Assembly: GCA_020850015.1 (NCBI GenBank)
Contig: JADZFF010000012.1
Location: forward strand, 8,994 to 72,993
From: Bdellovibrionales bacterium
GTDB taxonomy: Bacteria > Bdellovibrionota > UBA1018 > JADZFF01
Direction: 5' to 3'
Length of the DNA stretch: 64,000 bases
Shown: piece after piece, positions 40,766 through 48,889 of the stretch
How the letters are laid out: each line of letters begins with the position of its first letter
How positions within the stretch are numbered: position 1 is the stretch's first letter
Notes under the pieces: generated by a model
What the model saw: the letters and a program-made list of their open reading frames with translations, nothing else
What the model was told of the DNA's origin: nothing
Database searches by the model: none
Made by a program: the position numbers and the translations under genes

Positions 40766-41754
40766 GCCCGCCTGAGCGGATCGCGAAGTATCGCAGCGTG
40801 TTCGAGCGCCCCAAGGGTACGCTGGATGACGATGAGCCTCCGCCCGTATTCGGAGAGGGAGCTTCAGCCCCTGGAGCGGAGCCCGCGCCGCCCGACCCCG
40901 CGGCCCAGTTCCTCGAAGGGGCCTCTGACTGGGACGTGGCGGTGCGCTACCATGAGCTCAAGGCCGCGCTGGGCAAGGGACCCGCCCTTGATGTCCTGAG
41001 GGAGATCTCGGTTGACGCGGTCCTCCGCCAGGCGCGCACGGTGATGGGCGCGTCCGCGCACCCGTCTCTTCGGCTGGCGGTGCCGATCGACCAGCTCGAG
41101 CCAGATGATCGGGTTCTGGATCTGGCGCTCGACGAGACGTTGGACGCCGTCGAGTGGGCGGGTGAGGGGCTGCCTGAGGGGAGTTCCAGGATCTGGATGG
41201 AGGTAGACCGCCCTCGAAGGCTGCCTATGATTCTCGCAGTGGACACAAGTCTTTCGATGACCGGCAGCAAGCTCGCTCTCACGGCGGTGGCGCTCGCTGT
41301 GGTTCTGCTCCAGTTCCCGGAGGACCCCCTGGGAATCGTGGCTTTCGAGAACGAAGCATTCGTGATCAAGAAGCCCGAGGAGCGCTTGCCCCTGCGATCG
41401 ATACTCGAGCGATTCCTGGACGTGCCTGCCGAGGGCTATACTCACCTTGAGGCCGGCCTCATCAAGAGCCTGGAGCTCGCGGAGCGCATGGGAGGCTCCG
41501 CGAGGGGCAGGCCCCCCTCCGTCGTGCTCATGAGCGACGCGAAGTATACGGCGGGCCGGGACCCGGCCTACCTCGGCGACCGCTTCAGGCATCTTCTGGT
41601 CGTGAAAATGGGCCCGGAGCGCACCCCCCTGAGCCTTTGTAGGGAACTGGCCAGAAGAGGCTCAGGGGCCCTTCGCGAGGTCTGGAACCTGCGCTCCCTC
41701 CCGGAGGGTTTGTACGGTGTGGTGAAGGACATCCTAAGGGGGCGGTCGCGCTAG
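40690..41754 (+). CDS. von Willebrand factor A (VWA) domain protein, partner of MoxR
   Basis: MIDAS motif ILAVDTSLSMTG. The start is ambiguous: GTG 40690 overlaps moxR by 76 nt, and the alternative is GTG 40798. An A10 tract lies in the overlap. Confidence 0.75.
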   Translation: MVEIRLKRFRTHEGRGTGGKKKEPLSPPERIAKYRSVFERPKGTLDDDEPPPVFGEGASAPGAEPAPPDPAAQFLEGASDWDVAVRYHELKAALGKGPALDVLREISVDAVLRQARTVMGASAHPSLRLAVPIDQLEPDDRVLDLALDETLDAVEWAGEGLPEGSSRIWMEVDRPRRLPMILAVDTSLSMTGSKLALTAVALAVVLLQFPEDPLGIVAFENEAFVIKKPEERLPLRSILERFLDVPAEGYTHLEAGLIKSLELAERMGGSARGRPPSVVLMSDAKYTAGRDPAYLGDRFRHLLVVKMGPERTPLSLCRELARRGSGALREVWNLRSLPEGLYGVVKDILRGRSR

Positions 41755-41795
41755 GGCCCTTGATCCTCCCGGCGCTCGCAGGATAGAACCCCCTC

Positions 41796-41984
41796 ATGCG
41801 CGAAGATTACAAGATCGGCGGCGCGACTGCGAAGGTCGACGTCATGGTGGAAAAAGGGGTGGCGGAAAACCTTCAGAAGATGGCTGACTACACCAAGCTC
41901 AGCGTCTCTGAGATCGCCAACACCGCTCTGAAGCGGTTCATCTCAACGCACAAGGATTTCCTCCCGCCCCCCCCGCGAAAGTAG
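41796..41984 (+). CDS. small hypothetical protein (possible ribbon-helix-helix-like)
   Basis: 62-aa ORF directly after the VWA gene with balanced composition (LSVSEIANTALKRFI). Ends in a C8 run encoding PPPP. Confidence 0.4.
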   Translation: MREDYKIGGATAKVDVMVEKGVAENLQKMADYTKLSVSEIANTALKRFISTHKDFLPPPPRK

Positions 41985-41989
41985 CCCGT

Positions 41990-42604
41990 CTACGGCTGAA
42001 CGGGTTCGGTCCCGGAGGGCGGTGGCGTCGGTGGATTCGGTGGCGGAGGAACGTCCGTTGGTTCCCCGGAATTCCCCTGGCCCGAGATCAGGTCACTGCT
42101 GGAAGCGGAAACCGCGAATTGAAGGTGGATTTCCTCGAGGTTGTTGATCACAAGCTGAGCGAGATTGGAGTCCGTGCCGGCGTGTACCCGAAGCATCCAG
42201 GAATTGCTGGAAGGGGATACTCTGTAGAATTCCGTGCGGAAACCGCTCAGCGTGGCGACATCTTCCTCGTCCAGGCTCAACACGAAAATGCCCCGGACCG
42301 AGCCGGGCGGAAGTGTGCCTAGCGTAAGACTCACCGCGCGGGTGTCTTTGAAGAGCTGAACCTCCGAGAAGGTCAGGCTCAGGATTCCGTCGGAGGGAAT
42401 GCTGGCGGGATCGGCGGCCATCAAGGTCTGATAGCTCGTGCCCAGGGTTCCGCTACCAGGCACGCCGGCGCCCGGCCCAGGGAAGAGACTCTTCTCCAGG
42501 CTGGGGGCGATCGGGCTGCATGCCGCCAGAATCGCCAGCGGAAGCGCGGAAAGTTTCCGCCACCGAAGTCCGGCTGATGGTCTGGGTTCGAAAGGCATGG
42601 CCAT
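41990..42604 (-). CDS. hypothetical lipoprotein with a Pro-rich C-terminus
   Basis: Lipobox LAILAACS after the internal Met (MAMPFEP...). Tail PPPPNPPTPPPSGTEP. Confidence 0.5.
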   Translation of the reverse strand: MAMPFEPRPSAGLRWRKLSALPLAILAACSPIAPSLEKSLFPGPGAGVPGSGTLGTSYQTLMAADPASIPSDGILSLTFSEVQLFKDTRAVSLTLGTLPPGSVRGIFVLSLDEEDVATLSGFRTEFYRVSPSSNSWMLRVHAGTDSNLAQLVINNLEEIHLQFAVSASSSDLISGQGNSGEPTDVPPPPNPPTPPPSGTEPVQP

Positions 42605-42806
42605 GGTTCGATTCCTCCCGGATGTCCGTTTCTGGAACGGCCCAACCAGGGTTATCCAAGCACCATGCCACACCGAGCTGCAAAAATTTGACCAAGATGG
42701 TCGGAATGGCCCCAGGCGCTCCGAGGACTTAAGGAAGCGGGATTCCGCGTGGTGGTCGCGGGGTGTTCAAAGGTTGACCACCTATGTCATTTTTTCAGGA
42801 TTGAGG

Positions 42807-44783
42807 TCAGGGGGTTGCTTGGTCCAGAAGCTCCGCGATGTCCATGACCTTCACCTTGTCCTGCATCTCCTTGGCCTTCACGCCATCGCTCACCATGGTC
42901 ATGCAGAAGGGGCAGGAGGAAGCCACGATCCCGGCTCGAGTCTCAAGGGCTTGCTCGGTACGCGAGATATTGATGCGCTTTCCCTGCGTCTCCTCCATCC
43001 ACATGCGTCCGCCGCCGGCACCACAGCAGAAGCTCTTGTCGTGGTTGTTCTTCATCTCCACGAGCTTCGCGGAAGGCAGCGCCTGCAGAATAGAGCGAGG
43101 TTCCGTGTAAACATTGTTCCAGCGGCCAAGGTAGCAGCTGTCGTGGAAGGTGATCGTTTCCTCGATCGATTTAGCCGGCTTGATTCGCCCTTCCACCAGA
43201 AGTTTCGCGATGAACTGGGAATGATGGAACACTTCGAACGAGCCCCCGAAGTCCTTGTACTCGTTCTTGAGCGTATTGAAGCAGTGAGGGCAGGCGGTGA
43301 CGATCCGCTTAACCGAGTAGCGCTTGAGAGTCTCGATGGTGGGCTGAGCCAGGCTCTGGAAGAGGTACTCGTTCCCGATTCGCCGAGCGGGATCGCCGGT
43401 GCATTGTTCCTCTGAGCCGAGAATCGAGAAGCGAACGCCAGCCTTCTTCAAAAGGCTCACGAAGGAGCGGAGCACCTTCTTGTTGCGGTCGTCGTAGGAG
43501 CCCGCGCAGCCCACCCAAAGCAGCACGTCGATGTCCGGGGAGTCCGCCAGGGTCGGTACGTTCAGGCCCTCGGCCCATGCGCCACGGTCCGCGGCGGCGA
43601 AGGCCCAGGGGGTGCCGTTAGTCTCCATGTTCTTGAATACGGCCTGCACCTCGGTGGGGAAGCGGGATTCCATGAGAACGAGGTTTCGGCGGATCTCGTA
43701 AATCTTGTCGGTGTGCTCGATAAACACGGGGCAGGCGATCTCGCAGGCGCGGCAAGAGGTGCAGGCCCAGATCACGTCCTCGGTGACGTGGGCGTCGAGC
43801 ACGTGTCCTACGTCATCGTGCTTGCCCGCAAGGACGCTTTTCTTGTTGTTGAAGAGGTTGTGTTTCAGATCGGAAATGAGGTTCTTCGGAGAAAGCGGCT
43901 TCTGGGTATTCCATGCTGGACAGAGCTCCTGACAGCGGCCGCATTCAGTGCACGAGTAGTAGTCGAGGGTGTCTTTCCAGCTGAGATCGGTGATCTTCGC
44001 GGCACCGTACTGGGTGACGCTCTCGTCCTCGAATCGGATTGGCTTCATGCCCTTTTCACGTCGCAGCGTTCGAAAAAAGGTATTTGGCCCGGCAGCGACG
44101 ACGTGAAGGTGTTTGGATCCAGGGATGTAAACCGCGAATCCCAGTACGATTATCATGTGCACCCACTTGAACAGGGTGCCCAGCGCCTCGTTCGCATCCC
44201 CGCTCAACCCGAGCAACCCGAGCAGACGGGATAAAGCGTGTGAAAGCGGCATCGACTCCGCGAAGAAAGGCTGCCTGGAAAGGATGAAGAATCCGTTCAT
44301 CAGGAAGATCGACACCATGAGCGAGGCAGTGAAGAGCAGGATCAGATTGGCGTCGCGGCTCTGGCCCAGATACTCGGGCCGGACGACGAACCTGCGATAA
44401 GCCGCGTAGGCCACCCCGCAAAGCACAAGCAGTGTGAAAACATCCTGCACAAACACAAGGGCCGAGTAGGGGGTGTGCCCGATGAACTCAAAACTCCACG
44501 ATGCGTTCAGAGTGGAGAGGAGTTGCTCGATCGTGCCAACGGTGATGATCAGAAAGCCCCAGAAAATCATCGCGTGCATGATTCCTGCCATGGGCTTTCG
44601 GAAGAGCGTGCGTTGGCCGATCACGTTTACCAGGACAGTCCCCAAGCGGGCGGAGATCTCGCTGAGGCGCGAGTCCCTTCCCCGATGGGCGCGCATGAGG
44701 CGGAACAGGGTGATCATCCGATAACCGGATAGACCAAAGGCGGCCCCGGCCACGCCGAGAAGGAGAAACGTTTGCCAAGTCAT
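42807..44783 (-). CDS. membrane-bound Fe-S oxidoreductase (HdrD/GlpC-like: N-terminal transmembrane domain, two [4Fe-4S] motifs, two CCG domains)
   Basis: Multiple N-terminal transmembrane helices. Two cysteine clusters (CTECGRCQELCP and CTSCRACEIACP) and CCG-type motifs (CPHCFNTLK and FCCGAGGG). Immediately downstream of etfA. Confidence 0.8.
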   Translation of the reverse strand: MTWQTFLLLGVAGAAFGLSGYRMITLFRLMRAHRGRDSRLSEISARLGTVLVNVIGQRTLFRKPMAGIMHAMIFWGFLIITVGTIEQLLSTLNASWSFEFIGHTPYSALVFVQDVFTLLVLCGVAYAAYRRFVVRPEYLGQSRDANLILLFTASLMVSIFLMNGFFILSRQPFFAESMPLSHALSRLLGLLGLSGDANEALGTLFKWVHMIIVLGFAVYIPGSKHLHVVAAGPNTFFRTLRREKGMKPIRFEDESVTQYGAAKITDLSWKDTLDYYSCTECGRCQELCPAWNTQKPLSPKNLISDLKHNLFNNKKSVLAGKHDDVGHVLDAHVTEDVIWACTSCRACEIACPVFIEHTDKIYEIRRNLVLMESRFPTEVQAVFKNMETNGTPWAFAAADRGAWAEGLNVPTLADSPDIDVLLWVGCAGSYDDRNKKVLRSFVSLLKKAGVRFSILGSEEQCTGDPARRIGNEYLFQSLAQPTIETLKRYSVKRIVTACPHCFNTLKNEYKDFGGSFEVFHHSQFIAKLLVEGRIKPAKSIEETITFHDSCYLGRWNNVYTEPRSILQALPSAKLVEMKNNHDKSFCCGAGGGRMWMEETQGKRINISRTEQALETRAGIVASSCPFCMTMVSDGVKAKEMQDKVKVMDIAELLDQATP

Positions 44784-44791
44784 GAAGAACC

Positions 44792-45760
44792 TCAGTGATC
44801 CTTGAGTTTCTTGAACTCCTCAGTGAGGAGGGGGACGAACGTAAACAAATCGCAAACCACGCCGTAGTCGGCCACCTGAAAGATCGGCGCCTGGGGGTCC
44901 GTGTTCACGGCGACGATGGTCTTCGAGGTGCGCATTCCCGCTAGGTGCTGAATCGCTCCACTGATTCCACACGCGATATAGAGCGTGGGCGAAACGACTT
45001 TGCCCGTCTGCCCGACTTGGTCGCGGTGGGGCCGGTATCCTGCATCCACTGCGGCGCGGGATGCGCCCACTGCGGCGCCGAGCGTGTCGGCGCAGCTTTC
45101 TATGATTTTGAAGTTCTCGGCATTCTTCATAGCCCGGCCGCCCGAGATCACCACGGAGGCCTCGGTGACGTCAGGTCGTTCCGAGGACCCCTTCTGCAGG
45201 TCGCCCGCTTGAGTCTTGAGCCCAGCAAGGTCTACGGCCAGCTTGGAAGCGGAGGCCTTGCGGGCAGGATCCACCTTCGGCGCGCCTAGCGCGTTCGCGC
45301 GCACGGAAACCAGGCGCGGGCCCGATCCAGTGAATTCCACCTCCGCGGTGGCCTTGCCCGCATAAACGGGCCGGCGGAGCGCGATCTGGTCACCGGAAAA
45401 TTTCACCATCGTGCAGTCGGAGGCAAGGCCCGCGTCGAGCGCCGCCGCCAGGTGGGGCATTAGGTCGCGTCCCATGGGCGAATGGGTCGCGAACACGAAC
45501 TGCGGGGACGCGGCCTTCATGGCGGCGAGCATGACCCGCGTGTGACTCTCGGAGGTGTAGTTCTTCAGCGCCGGGTCGTCGGCCACGTGCACGGTGGCGG
45601 CACCGTAGGCGCCAAGGCCCTCGGCAAGGCCGGACACGCCCGAACCCGCGAGCAGGGCGTGGACCTCATGCCCGGCGGCAGAGGCCGCGCCCAGCAGCTC
45701 GAAGGAAGCCTTTTTCAGTTTCCCTTCGCGTTGCTCAACGAAGACGAGAACTTTTGCCAT
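44792..45760 (-). CDS. etfA: electron transfer flavoprotein alpha subunit
   Basis: 322 aa. N-terminus MAKVLVFVEQREGKLKKASFELLGAA and a conserved FAD-binding C-terminal domain. Confidence 0.9.
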   Translation of the reverse strand: MAKVLVFVEQREGKLKKASFELLGAASAAGHEVHALLAGSGVSGLAEGLGAYGAATVHVADDPALKNYTSESHTRVMLAAMKAASPQFVFATHSPMGRDLMPHLAAALDAGLASDCTMVKFSGDQIALRRPVYAGKATAEVEFTGSGPRLVSVRANALGAPKVDPARKASASKLAVDLAGLKTQAGDLQKGSSERPDVTEASVVISGGRAMKNAENFKIIESCADTLGAAVGASRAAVDAGYRPHRDQVGQTGKVVSPTLYIACGISGAIQHLAGMRTSKTIVAVNTDPQAPIFQVADYGVVCDLFTFVPLLTEEFKKLKDH

Positions 45761-45763
45761 GAC

Positions 45764-46537
45764 TCAGACCACCTTTGCTTCTGTGTGAAGGGCGCGAACC
45801 AGCTCGGCGGCCTGCTGGGCCGGCTCGCCCGGGATCAACCGCCCCGCCTGCTTGGGGGGGGGGAGCTCGAAGTTCTTGAGTTTCAGCTTCCGATCACCCT
45901 CGGAAACCCCTACGTCGGCCATCGAGAGCGACTTCACTTCTTTCTTCTTGGCCTTCATGATGTTCGGGAGGCTGGCGTACCGGGGCTCGTTGAGCCCCTT
46001 GTGCGCGGTGATCATCGCGGGGAGGGGGAGGGTGAGGTTCTCTATCGCTCCTCCTTCGACTTCGCGCCTGCACTTGACGGAGCCGGCCGCGTACTCGATT
46101 CCCATCACCACAGTCGCGGCCGGAATCCCCATGAGCGCGGCCACGAGCTGGCCAACCTGGGCAGCGCCGTCGTCGATGGCCTCCTTGCCCGCGAAAACGA
46201 TGTCCACCTGGGGTTCCTTTTTCAGGGCGCCGGCCAACGCTTTCGCCGCCAGATGGCTGTCCGCCGTCTCAGGGATCTCCACGTGCACGCCGTGGTCCGC
46301 TCCCATCGCGAGCGCAGTCCGAACGGTGTCCACCACACGGGCCGGACCGGCCGAAATCACAGTCACCGAACTGCCGGGATTCTTGTCCCTCAAGCGCAAA
46401 GATTCCTCGACGGCGAATTCGTCGTAGGGGGAAAGGATCCACTTGATCCCTGCCGTATCAATCCCGCTCTTGTCGGCATTGATCTTGATCTTGGTCTCGG
46501 TGTCAGGAACCTGTTTGATGCAAACGTAGATATTCAT
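45764..46537 (-). CDS. etfB: electron transfer flavoprotein beta subunit
   Basis: MNIYVCIKQVPDTETKIKIN...GIKWILSPYDEFAVEESLRL is canonical EtfB. Contains a C10 tract (plus-strand G10 at 45854-45863) coding PPP. Confidence 0.9.
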   Translation of the reverse strand: MNIYVCIKQVPDTETKIKINADKSGIDTAGIKWILSPYDEFAVEESLRLRDKNPGSSVTVISAGPARVVDTVRTALAMGADHGVHVEIPETADSHLAAKALAGALKKEPQVDIVFAGKEAIDDGAAQVGQLVAALMGIPAATVVMGIEYAAGSVKCRREVEGGAIENLTLPLPAMITAHKGLNEPRYASLPNIMKAKKKEVKSLSMADVGVSEGDRKLKLKNFELPPPKQAGRLIPGEPAQQAAELVRALHTEAKVV

Positions 46538-46630
46538 TGCCGAGTCCTCAGAGGGTGGTCCGCTGCAACGTGTAAGCCCAAAGATATTGAAGTGTTCAGG
46601 GCTCGATATAACGATGAAAGGAGACGCCTT

Positions 46631-47452
46631 TCAAGCCGAAACACTGAAGTCGCGAAGGGCATCTGTCAGTGAAGTTTTTTTATCCGTTTTCGCACTGCGC
46701 CGCCCAATGATCAACGCGCAGGGGACTCCATAGGTTCCAGCGGGAAAGGATTTTGGAACGGTGCCGGGGATCACCACCGACCGCTCCGGAACGCGTCCCC
46801 GGTGCTCCACGACCTGCGGCCCCGTGACGTCGAGTATCTTGGTGCTCGCGGTGAGCACCACGCCCGCGCCCAGCACGGCGCCCTCTTCCACTACGACGCC
46901 CTCGACCACGATGCAGCGGCTTCCCAAGAAGACGTGATCCTCGATGATTACCGGACTGGCCTGGATGGGCTCAAGAACACCGCCGATACCCACTCCGCCG
47001 GAGAGGTGGACCTGAGCTCCAACCTGGGCGCAGGAGCCCACGGTGGCCCAAGTGTCGACCATGGTGCCTGAGCCGACTCGGGCGCCGATATTCACGTAGC
47101 TCGGCATGAGAATCGCTCCAGGTTCGACGAAGGCTCCGCGCCGAACCAGCGCGCTCGGCACGACGCGCACGCCTTCGGAGCCGTCCCACTGCTTCAGCGG
47201 GACCTTGTCGAAAAAGCTCAAGTCGCCAGCACGCATCGCGTTCATCTTGCTTTGGCGGAAATAGAGGAGGATGGCCTTCTTGATCCACGCATGTGTTACC
47301 CAGCCGGAAGCCTCTCGGGTGCAAACCCTGAGAGTTCCGGAATCGAGCCTGGCCACCACCGTATCCACGGCATCGCGGGACTCGGCCGACTCCGCGAGCT
47401 TGGGGTCGCCGTACGCGCGGTCGATCAAGGTTTCGAGGTCATTTTGGCTCAC
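46631..47452 (-). CDS. dapD: 2,3,4,5-tetrahydropyridine-2,6-dicarboxylate N-succinyltransferase
   Basis: Near-identical blocks to E. coli DapD (MPSYVNIGARVGSGTMVDTWATVGSCAQVGAQVHLSGGVGIGGVLEP). Confidence 0.9.
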   Translation of the reverse strand: MSQNDLETLIDRAYGDPKLAESAESRDAVDTVVARLDSGTLRVCTREASGWVTHAWIKKAILLYFRQSKMNAMRAGDLSFFDKVPLKQWDGSEGVRVVPSALVRRGAFVEPGAILMPSYVNIGARVGSGTMVDTWATVGSCAQVGAQVHLSGGVGIGGVLEPIQASPVIIEDHVFLGSRCIVVEGVVVEEGAVLGAGVVLTASTKILDVTGPQVVEHRGRVPERSVVIPGTVPKSFPAGTYGVPCALIIGRRSAKTDKKTSLTDALRDFSVSA

Positions 47453-47467
47453 GGGAACTCTCCTTGG

Positions 47468-48136
47468 CTAACTTCTTCTGTCTGCCGCGGTCCGGAGGGC
47501 GGCCAGGACCGCGGGGACATGCATCTGAACGATCCGATCAGGCGGCTGGCCCCGCTCAACCTCGTAGGTCAGAGTCGGCATGTCGCGCTCGAGTCCCGCC
47601 CAGGTGCCCAGGCAGCCGGGCGTGGGATACCCGATCGTGGGCGACACGCTGTAGCCGCAGATCGCGGCCGCCGCGGCCGCCTCTGGAACGCAATCACCGT
47701 TGGTGTTGAGCAGGGGTTTCCAGGAATGGAGGCTCAGGATGAACGTCGGCCGTTCGCTCTCCAGAAAGCGAATCAGGGCCAGGGTTTCAGGTTCGCTGTC
47801 CGGCGCATCGCCCGGGAAGTAGCGCTCGCTGGCGACTTCGCTCGTCCAATCGCGAGTGCCCATGTTGCGGTTGAGATCGATCCCGCGGGAGTTCTTGCGC
47901 CGCTGCGCGAGCACCCCGTCGAGATTGAGAGCGGGAACCAGCGTAAGAGAGAAGTTCTTCGGGGGCCCGGCAAGCAGTGAGGCGAGAAGTCCGTGCGCGG
48001 CCACGACGCCTTCGGGCTCGTCACCGTGGACGCCGCCCAGAACAAAGAGCTTTGGCCCACGTGGAGCGTTCCAGCGCCAGCCAGGGATTCCCAAGCCGTC
48101 CGCGGTCGTGCCGAAGAGAAAGGAATCGGCGGTCAC
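47468..48136 (-). CDS. M14-family zinc carboxypeptidase/amidase (MpaA-like; alternatively AstE/AspA-family)
   Basis: Zinc-ligand motifs GGVHGDE...NLDG...LHSW. 222 aa. Embedded between dapB and dapD. Confidence 0.55.
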   Translation of the reverse strand: MTADSFLFGTTADGLGIPGWRWNAPRGPKLFVLGGVHGDEPEGVVAAHGLLASLLAGPPKNFSLTLVPALNLDGVLAQRRKNSRGIDLNRNMGTRDWTSEVASERYFPGDAPDSEPETLALIRFLESERPTFILSLHSWKPLLNTNGDCVPEAAAAAAICGYSVSPTIGYPTPGCLGTWAGLERDMPTLTYEVERGQPPDRIVQMHVPAVLAALRTAADRRS

Positions 48137-48885
48137 GGTGCGCCCGCCCCGAAGCGAGCCTCGAGCATGGCCTGCGGATCGAGCACTCCCCGGTCCGGAT
48201 CGGACCAGGGCCGCAGCGTCACGAGCCAGAGGGCGGCCTCAAGCGCGCCCCGCGCGAATAGACCGCGGTCCTGCGCTACATGCGAGAACGTGATTCGGTC
48301 CGAGGGCCCAAAGAACCCCACCTCATGCTCGCCCACGACCTCTCCTGCGCGCACGCTGTGGATCTGGATCGCTGAACCGAAGGCCGGAGACAGCTCATCT
48401 CGAAGGGTGATCGCGGTTCCGCTTGGAGCGTCGCGCTTATGCTCGTGGTGCGTTTCCACCAGAGAAGGCACGTAGCCCAGGGACTTGAGGAGCTGCGCGT
48501 GGTTCCGCAGCACCAGCCTGAGGGCTTGCACGCCGAGCGAGAAATTCGTGGCCGCGAGCACCGGGGCCCGCCGCGCGTAGGCCGTGAGGGCAGGCTTTCG
48601 TTCAGGGGTCCACCCCGTGCTTCCGCATACCAATGCGGGTAGGGGGTCGCCACGTCCGTCGGCGAGCGCCAGAAATCTGAGCACCGCCTCGGGAAGGGCG
48701 AAATCAATGACGACGTCGCAGGAAAGGAGGGATTCGAAATCTCCGCCCCTACCCACAGCCGCCGCGATCCGCGCGCGATCCGCGTACTCCTTCTCCAGGA
48801 GTCTCACCACCCACTCGCCCATCCGGCCGGTGGGGCCGAGCACGCCGACTCGAACGGGGGACTTTGGCGTGCCCTTCGCGCTCAT
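48133..48885 (-). CDS. dapB: 4-hydroxy-tetrahydrodipicolinate reductase
   Basis: NAD(P)-binding N-terminus VGVLGPTGRMG and catalytic block ETHHEHKRDAPSGTA. Confidence 0.85.
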   Translation of the reverse strand: MSAKGTPKSPVRVGVLGPTGRMGEWVVRLLEKEYADRARIAAAVGRGGDFESLLSCDVVIDFALPEAVLRFLALADGRGDPLPALVCGSTGWTPERKPALTAYARRAPVLAATNFSLGVQALRLVLRNHAQLLKSLGYVPSLVETHHEHKRDAPSGTAITLRDELSPAFGSAIQIHSVRAGEVVGEHEVGFFGPSDRITFSHVAQDRGLFARGALEAALWLVTLRPWSDPDRGVLDPQAMLEARFGAGAP

Positions 48886-48889
48886 GCCC

